Assembly (NCBI GenBank): GCA_053919585.1
Contig: CM132788.1
Reading direction: 5' to 3' (one strand)
Origin: Euprymna scolopes
Lineage: Eukaryota
Length of the DNA stretch: 64,000 nucleotides
The notes below the pieces were generated by a model. The model was not told the DNA's origin. It ran no database searches and saw only the letters and a list, made by a program, of their open reading frames with translations. The position numbers were made by a program, and so were the translations under genes. This document shows positions 24,860-35,557 of this stretch, in pieces. Position 1 is the first letter of the stretch, and the number at the start of each line of letters is the position of its first letter.

Positions 24860-25150
24860 AAATATCTTTAAACTTCAATTTACTCCAGACAAGGCATATT
24901 GCCACACAGACATAAGGGGCTATTGTGAATTAGGGGCCTAAAATTAAAAGGAGGAAGCTTACATGGGGAGTTATGCAGCGAGATGTCTGTTTACATTACA
25001 TTTAAATTTCTGCATGTCGATACAGTCCGGGAAACAGAGTTTCAAATGCTGGCTGCTCAAAGAAAAAAGCTATTAGAGTAGAAAGCTCTCCAACATCTAG
25101 AGATCTCCACAGTGAATAGATGGGATTTTATTGCTTGTCGAGTTGGTTGG
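24860..25150 (-). mobile_element. LINE 3' fragment (second subfamily)
   Basis: ACAAGGCATATTGCCAC and TTTAAATTTCTGCAT match the reverse complement of 19150-19350. Confidence 0.6.
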
Positions 25151-25609
25151 GTGCATTTACATCAAGGATGGCACCAGAAGAGCAAGTTTATTAAGACAGT
25201 AAATATTAAATGCAGTTGTACCAAGCAAAAATTGGCAGCATCAATCCAGTCAGAGTTTTAAACAATGGTAGTATTAATTCAGTCAGGGTCAGCAAAGTGT
25301 AATTCCTTTCTTGCGTCAAGATGAAATACTCTGACCGAAAAATTCAAACAGATTGTTATACAAAGATTCGTTCTTATCACTCTTGGTTATAAATATAATC
25401 ATCCAAATCTTTGTGATGATACTCTGATAACATGCCAAAAATATTGCAACAAATATCCTCTGACAAGACCAGAATATCAACTCAGGCAGCTCACCGCTTC
25501 ATCCAAAATCGTATCCAGGGTTATGCAGACATTTCCAGTAACAATCATGGTTTTAGATGATGTCTTGCTAACCTATTTTTTTCTGGAGTGCCTCAGACTG
25601 AACACTCGT

Positions 25610-25920
25610 ATTATATGGATTCATCGACTTGAGTGTGATTTTCACAATGTTTTGGTCAATGTAACCTCCGACCTTCTTCCCGTGTATCTTGTCGAACTTG
25701 GGAATTTGGACAGAATTTCGAGTGGAACCCTTTTATTTAATTCACGGGGGTAGTGTGCTCTTGTTCCATCAGCCATGACTGGATAGAGGTTTTAAGTAAT
25801 TCCAAATTGTATTTTTGATCGCACACACTGAGGATTGAACCATCAACCTTCAGGAGAATATCATTTTCTACAATTGATCTTTCCAAGTACTCTAACCACT
25901 GTGCCATGGGTACAGCTACA
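25610..25920 (-). mobile_element. Family T1 tRNA-headed SINE-like repeat, best preserved head
   Basis: Minus strand A-box-like TGGCACAGTGG and B-box-like GGTTCAATCC; tail GAAGAAGGTCGGAGGTTACATTGACCAAAACATTGTG. Confidence 0.75.
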
Positions 25921-26872
25921 TAGGAAACAGCTGATGATTCCAGTTTTCTATTTAACATTGTAAGTTAAGGTTTTCCTATTTTTATTTTTAGATTATATAG
26001 TTGAATCAAGTTTCTGTAATTTAAGTTTCTAGCAGAAAATCGGCTTATGCAAGTGATAAATCTGATATGTTGAAGTTAGTTTGTATTCTTACATTTTTTA
26101 AAATTTTATTTTAATATTTTATATAAAATACTCAAAGCTATATAAGAGGTTAATATAGTTTGCATTAAAAGAACTATGTGTAGTATATACAGAGATATCT
26201 ATAGGAGGCGATTTCAAAGAAAAAATTTGAAATGTAGGGTATTCAGAGATGTGGAAAACTTTTTAATCAGTTTCCATTTAGAAAGGGCTGCTAACGTCCC
26301 AAAATTGAAAAGTGGTACTTGAGGGTCATCGGCTTTATTAGTTTGCCAACTTTTTTTACGACTGCACATGCGTGGTCATGAAACATTACAGCTTCCTTAT
26401 GTTAAGAATAAGTAGGTTAGAAAATAGTTTTTTAAAGAACGTGGCAAGCTGGTCTAACGGTTATCATACTTAACTCACTGTCGTTAGATTTTGGTTTCGA
26501 TCTCAGTTTGAGTATTTTTTTTTTTTTTTACTTACAAGAAATAAACTGTTTAGTAAAAACATAATACTCACATGCACATATCAGTTTCTCTTAATTAAAA
26601 TTTATGCGTATTTCACAACCAGGCAACGCTGGGCGGTTTAGAAAAAACAGCTTAAAATGTAGTTATGTTAAAAAAATTGTTTTAAATAGCATTTTCTTTT
26701 TAACAATTAGTTTAAATTTTCTTCTATTTAATTCCGATAAGTATTCGATTAATAGTAAAAAAAAAAATTATTATTCAAAGTGGATTTACCAAAAATACAT
26801 TTAGGTGAGAAACAGAGACATACAAGATCTTGTCATAGTTGTATTAATACAAATCATACATACATACGTACA

Positions 26873-27006
26873 TATAGCAGAGGTGCCTGGTGTTGCCCGA
26901 TCATAAAAGATGCTTAAATATATTTTTAATTTATGCAGATTTCGTATTTATTATTATAGAGTCAATTATTTCATATTATATTGTACCCAATATATAGTCA
27001 TGATTT

Positions 27007-27055
<49 letters not shown>

Positions 27056-27280
27056 GTGCTATCAGCTAGAATCGAAACCGGAACCAAAACATAAGACAGT
27101 TTAACGATTGAAACTACAAGTTAAGCAAAGACCGAAGTTCATTTGTACTCAATATGGTTGGACTGTGGAAAAGAGTGTGAATTTTATTAAATACAAGCTG
27201 GTTTTCCATGACAACAATGTTTTTGATAGACAAGATGCAAGCAAGGCCGGTCGGACGGTCCACAGATAGATATATATTAG
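26873..27280 (-). mobile_element. Non-autonomous Helitron-like element
   Basis: CCTGGTGTTGCCCG hairpin near a degenerate CTAG end; the other end CAGATAGATATATATTAG resembles the 5' ends of the other Helitrons here. Confidence 0.45.
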
Positions 27281-28809
27281 TAATAGTAATATAAAAATAT
27301 GCTTATGGTAAATAAGCTATACAGAAACGTTTATGTTTCGTTAATAAATTGCAAAGACAATATTCTGAATTCTAACCCATACAAGCTAAACGATTTGGGC
27401 ACCGGTAAGTTCATGTTGTAAGTTAGAGAGCTTACCTCACTGAGTGCCTCACTGTTGCTGTAACCCTATCAAAGTCTCAGTTTAGCTGAGTAAATATACC
27501 CAAGGCCAAGTGATCTCCTAGTTAAATGCCTCCTTCATTAAGTGACGACAAGACTAAAAGTAAATTGTCTCACGGTCAGTTAATGAATTCGGCGTTTGAA
27601 TGCTCTCGTGTTTTGTACTTCACCAACAATGAGCCACAATGCTTAATGCAGCCAGCACAGAATATTTACATAGTTTCATAGTAGCGAAACAGATTACTGT
27701 TCTCTTCCTTGTGCTTGCTAATGCTATTATCATTATTAGTTTAAAGAGGTTTTCTTTCCTTTCATTTTTTTTTTTAGTTGTTGTGCATGTGTGATACAAT
27801 CTATTTATAGTGCTTTGAGAAGGTTTTATAAACACAACACGAGATGCAACCAGCAAGAAACCAACATAAAAATAGCTTGCAGATCACTACACACCCCCAC
27901 ATCCATAAGTTCTTCCTTTTTTTTTTTTTTTGCTCTCAAATTTCTTTTAAATTCTTTCTTAGTTTCCTTTCATGTCTTGCAACATTGAATACTGCCACCT
28001 TCATCCACAACAATTCTAACTTTTACTTATTCAATCCAGCTTTCTATTTATTTAGCCCCCCCCCCCGAAACCCCCAAATGTTGCTTCTATCTTGGACGAC
28101 GCTATCCATCTCCATATTCCATGCCAATCTTTAAACACTTGGCTCCCACTCCCATTCAGAGACTGATCTGCTTGTTTTCGGTTGACCTGGAAAATATTTG
28201 GCATCTGATACTCAGCAAACGGTTGAGGGAGGGGGGGGTCTTACAAACCAGACTCAGTTTTGTTCAGTTTTTATTTTTTTATTGGGGGTATTTGTATATC
28301 TTCTCCCTCCCCATCATCACTCTTGTAAATATATTCATTTGTAAATAAAAGTAGTTTTAAATCCGTAGAGTGAATGCGGTATTTTGGTAAAAGAATCTAA
28401 CTAAGATTAATCAAAAGTTGGTTTGTCAAACTCGAAACCCACATCTTCAAAATCAAACAGAGCGTAATGCCTCAGTTAAATAGAGATTGTAACTATTTGA
28501 CTAAATAAATTAGCTTTCTTTACAAGATTTTTTTTTCCAGAAATGATCATCTCCGAATATTTATTTGTATTATATTTCAAAAAACATTTTTCTTCAATTG
28601 AATTGCATAACATCGTCAAGAAACATACACTTCTGATTAACTAGATAAGTTTAAAACTACATTAATATTCATATAAGACATGTTTTCATTATAGTAAAGT
28701 TCTATCTGAAAATACAGTTCTTTATATGTCTCAATGGTTTAATGCCTTAATGCGATTGAAATTGTTATATGAACGACCATGTTTTTTAGAAACTGATTTT
28801 TGTGTTATA

Positions 28810-29178
28810 GTACCTATTTACTATGCCTCCCCACGGGACAGAGTTAGACACAAGGGTCGTTTTTTAACGTGGAGAAAAGGTACAAAAATAAAAATTGTCT
28901 CAGTCGTGAAGGATTTCTCCTCCACCGAAAGAGAACAAGAAAATGAAGTGCAGCATCTGAAGAACAGATGGTATTTATTTGCTCCCCCACCGAGCAAATT
29001 AGGCACAAGGCCAATTTTTAATGTGAGGAGTGAAGGGAGGGGGAAGGGAAAAAGGGGATCAGCTCCCGAGAGGTGGGAAATGGGAGCTGGTTAATGGTCA
29101 GGCATGTGGGGTTGCCCCCACATCTGGTCTTTGCTAGTCATAGCAGCAGTATCTGCCGGAACAGATACTACACTTTGA
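28810..29178 (-). mobile_element. U2-headed retroposon dimer (subtype A inserted in subtype C)
   Basis: Minus strand: TCAAAGTGTAGTATCTGTTC, body A (28970-29158), ATCTGTTC, body C (28810-28961). Confidence 0.85.
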
Positions 29179-29234
29179 GATATTAAATCTTTTATTCATG
29201 TTAAAAAAATACAGAAAAAAAAACAACGATGAAC

Positions 29235-29284
29235 AAAAAACTTAGGCACATGGCCACACTTTGATCTTGACCAAAAGGCCAAGA
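29235..29284 (-). repeat. U2 snRNA 5' fragment fused to a tail-like motif
   Basis: Minus strand CTTGGCCTTTTGGTCAAGATCAAAGTGT then GGCCATGTGCCTAA (family tail reads GGCCTTGTGCCTAA). Confidence 0.65.
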
Positions 29285-29605
29285 AAATAGGTCCAGGGTT
29301 TCAATTGTGCCACTGACTAAATAGTTACATATATATCCACACTGAAGATTATCAATAAAAATGAAACCTATCTGTATATCAAATATATTTATAAAAAAAA
29401 ATTTAAAGAAAGCGTGTCTGTATGTGTACATGTAAACATACTTAAAGGAATAAATGATAAGATGGTCAACATCTTGAAATTCGGAATATACTTTTGTCAT
29501 TTATTTGTTATATGCTCTGTAATTTCATTGAACTTCATAAATTGAAGGATTGGTATAAATAAAAGGTGAAATATAATTGAAGAAACATATTTGCATACAC
29601 ACACA

Positions 29606-29665
<60 letters not shown>

Positions 29666-29667
<2 letters not shown>

Positions 29668-30270
29668 TCGGCATAATCATATTGACACACAGGTTCACGT
29701 TAAATCACTGAAATTAAGCAAAGAGCCTAACCAGTAACGGATGAGTGACCAGTTGGTAATACTAGGCGGTGTGTTTTGCACGGAGACATAAAAATTTCCA
29801 GGTTAGTATCTGGGGGTCCCAGGTATGTTTAAAACCACTGGGAGAGATTCACCCTCAGTCTTCCTTAAGGCATGCATCTAGGTTGGTTGGTTGGTTTTGT
29901 TTTATGGCATATCAACCCTTTTCACGTTATTTAATGCCGAATCCAAAGATTGAAGAAAAATTTTTTTCAATAGAATATATTTGTTGTTTTCAAGTCTGTT
30001 TCTATTTAACCCATAGTTGGGACCCTAACAGGTTCTACTACTCCGGGTCAGAGTGGACCTGGGAGCAATGGCAATTAAAGGGTGGCTCCACACTCCCCAA
30101 AGCCCGCAAGCTGGGGCCTCACCACTGGATATAGTTTAAGGTCATATCCAGGACCCATGCATCAAGGAGAACGGATATAAAACCCAAGGTATACTATCCA
30201 CTATCTGTGACAGTCAATTGCATCGACTAAGATTAGCAGCTGTTCCAAAAAGTATAGATGACTTTACAAG
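29666..30270 (+). mobile_element. 5S rRNA-headed SINE (SINE3-like), interrupted by a second SINE
   Basis: 29666-29775 resembles 5S rRNA (GAAATTAAGCA..GAGCCT..CCAGTA..GGATG.GTGACC..TGG.AATAC); body AAATTTCCAGGTT..TATCTGGGGG is shared with 38700-38885. Right boundary is approximate. Confidence 0.65.
29883..30155 (-). mobile_element. ~270-bp SINE-like insertion with (AACC)n tail and 12-bp TSD
   Basis: TSD CATGCATC[T/A]AGG at 29871-29882 and 30156-30167; same family as 15610-15879. Confidence 0.88.
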
Positions 30271-30524
30271 AAACCTTCATCACTATAAACAATTCATGCA
30301 TAGTTTTTGAACAACTTAGTTGTGTGAAACTCGTATGTCAAAACTAACCAGAGAGTACATAAATATATATATATATATATCATATGTAATAGATATGAAT
30401 GATAATGCATTTTGGCTTTAATAGTTTATTGCACTTTCACGGTTTTTATTGATCATCAAATGTTCATTTAGTATCAAACAAAACTAGAAGAGTTATTTTA
30501 CCCATATTTATCCTTTTTATTTAA

Positions 30525-30985
30525 TACTAGTGGGGCTGTGGAAATGTTTAAGGAGGAATCAAAACAACAGTAGACAACTTGGGTGGAGAGAGGTGTTAAA
30601 AAAAAAGAAAAAAGTGTTAGTAGGCAAGCAGGCTCAAACCCATAACGTGAGAGAGGAAAAGAAGATGAAAAAAAAAACCCCCAAAAAACTAACGTCTTAA
30701 CTGATGCATCCATTACGAAACCGGAAATCAAATTAAGGGTAGTCATTGCAAAGCGTATGATGACTTTGCAATGTCAACGAAAAAAGTGACCCCTCCATGC
30801 AAAAAACAGTTCAGTTGACGGTGAAAGAATTAATGTTTTGGGCCAATATTTTTTATATTTCTTATCCGACACATGGAGCTTTGAAACAATACCAATTTTT
30901 TTCACGGTCTAACGCGTTTGTCGAAAATTTTTGCAAGACATACAAACACATACACACACATTTTGCCTTTTATATTTATAGAAGA
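30525..30985 (-). mobile_element. Non-autonomous Helitron, diverged
   Basis: ACTAG at the left end; body homologous to 48097-48560 and 61025-61405. Confidence 0.6.
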
Positions 30986-31428
30986 TGTAATGTTGCACAC
31001 ATTTACACACAGACTTAACACATAGCAGAGTACGTCACAAGGAACATAAGACAAGTAATAATTCTACTCTTTTTTTTTTTTTCATACAATGACATTTATT
31101 TCTGGGTACTTTGCTGAATAAACTGATCGTGCTCCTTCTCTCTGACTTCTGCCCTCTTGAACGTGATCATCTTTTTCTTTTTATATAGTCTTTTTCTCAC
31201 GGTGACGTCATTTTGCATTCATTTGCATATGTACGTCTGTACTCTGTTACAACTATATTTTTAAATCTAACAACCTACTAACAGCATTGAACCAACTAGT
31301 ACCAACTAAAATAACTAAATACTGCAAATGTATTGTACTTCTAGAAAAATAAGCTATTAGAACGACTAGAATATCTCAAATTTTGAAAAGTAGTTGTTCG
31401 AGTCATGAAGATTGAATGCCAAATTAGA

Positions 31429-31487
<59 letters not shown>

Positions 31488-31489
31488 CA

Positions 31490-32103
31490 TACAGGGTGGC
31501 CAAAAAGTCACTGGAGGATTTTGAATTAAAATAGATTCTTTATTTTTGATGATATCTTTCTGCAATTTTAACACAATCTGATTAAACATTGGAAAATTTA
31601 AAAGAAAAAAAAAAACTTCAAAATCCAAACAATCTTTATGAAAAATCATGTCTTTTAAATGTTGCCCATTTTCAGCTTCGCATATTTGTGCTCTTTTCAA
31701 AACATTATTCATGACAGATTGCAGAATCTCTGGATTGCGATTTAACTCCCTTATTTCGTTCTTCATGTTTTCCTTCAATACTTGCAGGGTTTAGGGTGTC
31801 CAAAAATTTACTGTAAGAATTTAAGAAAATATCTGGAACAAAGTAAGGGAGTTAAATCGCAGTCCAGAGAATCTGCAATCTGTCATGTTTTGGAACGAGC
31901 ACAAATATACAAAGCTGAAAATGGGCAACATTTAAAAAAACATTTTTAATAAATAAAAATTGTTTGAACTTTACCCTTTTTTTCTTCTTTTTTAAAAATT
32001 TCCCAATGTCTTAATCAGATTGTGTTAGAATTACAGAAAGATATAAAAAATAAAGAATCTATTTAAGTTCCAAACCCTTTAGCGACTTTTTGGACTCCCT
32101 GTA
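31490..32103. mobile_element. Fold-back element built from two inverted 3' ends of a Tc1/mariner-superfamily transposon
   Basis: TA-CAGGGTGGCCAAAAAGTC / GACTTTTTGGACTCCCTG-TA; both arms carry a transposase-like C-terminus (..VLKRAQICEAENGQHLKDMIF). Confidence 0.8.
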
Positions 32104-32834
32104 TTTCTATAATACAAATCAAGTGTCGGTTTATTTACACACGTAGACTTAACATGTAGTAGACATCAAATCCAATAATGCCCAAATCCGTTCCAGGGAG
32201 ATGGGTACTGAATTATTAGGAGCTGTTGATAATTCACAAAAAACTTGCTAAAAACGTTTGTGCTTCAATAATGATCATATATCATCTCAAAGCAATGTAA
32301 AGAAACTTGAAGAATGTGTCCCACATGAACGTCATGAAGCCCCCAAACTAGTCTTTAAATTTGCTCATCACATTACTCATGCTACTGCAAATCAGATCTA
32401 TAGTTTTACATCGCCCCTCCCTCACCCTCATTTCACTGATAGATTATCATTTATTTCAGCAAAATATATTCACATGCATAACAAAAGGATTAGCAATAGA
32501 AGACACCAATTTATTCACTTGATTTCTGACCAAATCTAAATAATAAATAAGTAGTAGTCAATCATGACATCAAAATCAACTAAAACAATGCAAAAAAAAA
32601 AAAAATTGTCTTATTTTTCAGAATACTGTTGTCATCTTCAGTTTTAATTTATCCACTATGCCATGGATCCGTGTAGATTCCTGAAACTTTATGAAAAGAA
32701 CATTCAAGATAGGAATGCTAGTCCGAAGAATCCAAATAAAATGAATAATCAATTCTCATCTCAAAAATGCAGATACGTAAACTGACATTTGTAACATAAG
32801 TGAAATGAAAATCTATAAATAAATCTTTTCTGGC

Positions 32835-33380
32835 AGAATTTTTGGACCACATGTATTTGACAAACTACTGACATGTAGAATTTTTGGACCACATGTATTT
32901 GACAAACTACTGACATGTAGAATTTTTGGACCACATGTATTTGACAAACTACTGACATGTAGAATTTTTGGACCACATGTATTTGACAAACTACTGACAT
33001 GTAGAATTTTTGGACCACATGTATTTGACAAACTACTGACATGTAGAATTTTTGGACCACATGTATTTGACAAACTACTGACATGTAGAATTTTTGGACC
33101 ACATGTATTTGACAAACTACTGACATGTAGAATTTTTGGACCACATGTATTTGACAAACTACTGACATGTAGAATTTTTGGACCACATGTATTTGACAAA
33201 CTACTGACATGTAGAATTTTTGGACCACATGTATTTGACAAACTACTGACATGTAGAATTTTTGGACCACATGTATTTGACAAACTACTGACATGTAGAA
33301 TTTTTGGACCACATGTATTTGACAAACTACTGACATGTAGAATTTTTGGACCACATGTATTTGACAAACTACTGACATGT
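32835..33380. repeat. 42-bp minisatellite, 13 identical copies
   Basis: Unit AGAATTTTTGGACCACATGTATTTGACAAACTACTGACATGT. Confidence 0.98.
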
Positions 33381-33539
33381 AGATAACAATCATAACAAAT
33401 CATATCTGTTGGTAAATTATCAAAATAATTTTAGTTTAGAACATAACTCTGAAATACAACTTGAGGCAAAACAATCCACTCAGGTCTATAATAAATGTGA
33501 AGTTCCCTGGATGGCTTTCTTGTTCATAAACTGTACATA

Positions 33540-34197
33540 GATGCTATCGAATGTTTAAGGTCACTCTCAATACAGGGGTTTGTCAAGATAACCTGGCATG
33601 AGGATAATTTTCTATGCAATTAAAATCTGACAATATTCAAAATCACATAGTATTTACAGCTTTAATAAATGCTTACTAGGTACTGTCTTCAAGTATTTAA
33701 GATCTCTTTGTACAGAGGTTTGTCAAATTACAACCGCCAGGTTAGGGTTATCAAACTATCATCTCAACTGCGGTCACAAAATGTTAAGGTCTTTAGTTTC
33801 TCTCTATACAGGTTTGTCAGGACAACCTGGCTGTGAGAATACTTTTCCTCTACAAGTAAACCCTGACCAAATATTCAAAATAACATTGTATTCACCGCCC
33901 TAATAAGATCTCCTCAGTATGACTAACTGATACTGACTTGTACTAAGAATGATGCATTTTCTACAAGTGATGTTACCTCAAGTAACAGCATGAATCTGGA
34001 TACTCTACCAGACTAGATGAATTCTTGTTCTGGGTTTCAGGAATACAAAGAGATCACTAGAAAGTTATATTTAAATGGTCAATTGCGGTGAAGAAAATTA
34101 TGTTCTAAATTTATTTACCAACTCGGTGTTTGAACAGTAATGGAGAACATGAATGAATATTCGGATATATATGTATATCATGGATATCTCTCTCTCT

Positions 34198-34235
<38 letters not shown>

Positions 34236-34928
34236 AAAGGAGATTAGAATAATAGTCTAAAGAGCTAAGTGTATTTTAATGTAATAGTGAAATTACTAGT
34301 TTAATTAAAATACAGGAAATGCTCGTTGTAATTTAGATATATAATAAGCTCGATAGTTAAATGTCCTAGAGCTAATTCAATATTAAGTAATGTGATTTAT
34401 AATTTAAAAGTTTTAAAATTTTTAAAATTTAAAAATCAAAATTTAATTAAATTAAAAATCAGTTTCATAAGAAGGAACAACATGTAGAATTTTTGGACCA
34501 CGTCGCCCTTTTAAAATTCATCATTCAATAAAATAAAAAGCTATAGCAAACATCTAAATGACTACTTTAAATACAGTTCCTGATTTCAAAAAAAGAAAAA
34601 CCAAAAGATTCATCTGCCTTACTTTTAATGCTAGGTTTATTTTTGGTGTCTTTTCAATTCAATAGAAATCCTCCTAAATTTGCTGATGAGGAGACCGTGC
34701 TTACCAAAAAAACTATGTATAATTATTCTACGTGACTTCATGTATACCACAAATAAAAAGCACGGATTTCCGAAACGATCGTACAGATAATTGACTTTGT
34801 TGTTGTTCCTTGTTATGAAACTGATTTTTAATTTAATTAAATTTTGATTTTTAAATTTTAAAAATTTTAAAACTTTTAAATTATAAATCACATTACTTAA
34901 TATATATATATATACATATATATATATA

Positions 34929-34962
<34 letters not shown>

Positions 34963-35545
34963 TATAGAAATCAAGTGTTAGCCCCAGGAAAAGGGGGGGC
35001 TTGATTACTGAGAACTTCCACAAAGTAAAAATGAAACAAAAAGTATATATAATATATATATATATATGGATGTAATCAATCGAGAGAAAGGCATAAGTAC
35101 ACAAGTAATTAAAATAGTAACAAATAAACAAAAAAAAAAACGTATAAATTCTATTCTGACTAAATATTCAAAATAACAGTATTTGTAACCCAAATAAGAT
35201 GCCCTCGGTATGATTACCTCCCACTAGCTTATGAGGATTGTTGCACTTTCCCTAAATAATATTGTCTATAGTAACAGCAAGAAGCTAGGTACTCTACCAG
35301 ACTAGATAAAGTCTTGTCTTTGAATTCAATAAGACCAAGAGACCACAAGAAGATATACTAAATCATATTTAAGTAGTCAATTGTGGAAAGGAAAATTATG
35401 TTCTCAACTTCACTAACTCCGTATTTCAGAGGTATAGGAGAACTTTAATATTTGAATATCTCATAGAGAGATCAAGCGTTAGCCCCCAGGAAGGGGTCCC
35501 TTGATTTCTGAGAACTTTGACTAGTAAAATGAAACAAAAAAGGAG
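33540..35545 (+). repeat. Cluster of family X copies (partial heads, one interrupted copy, one 5'-truncated copy)
   Basis: Repeated GTTTGTCA.GA.AACCTGG heads at ~33580, ~33720 (diverged) and ~33810; tails GTTAGCCCC.AGGAA.GGG...GAGAACTT at ~34980 and ~35480. Confidence 0.7.
34381..34902. repeat. Segment bounded by 102-bp near-perfect inverted repeats
   Basis: 34381-34482 and 34801-34902 are reverse complements with one mismatch; lies between (TA)n tracts inside a family X copy. Confidence 0.85.
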
Positions 35546-35557
35546 AGAACTTGCTTA

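Noticed and set aside
32761-33403. Repetitive ORFs, or a CRISPR-like array, at the 42-bp repeat
   Set aside because: Units are identical with no unique spacers, the context is eukaryotic, and the ORFs only reflect the 42-bp period.
34230-34482. Mitochondrial rRNA insertion (NUMT)
   Set aside because: Composition is suggestive, but I could not identify a diagnostic conserved rRNA motif.
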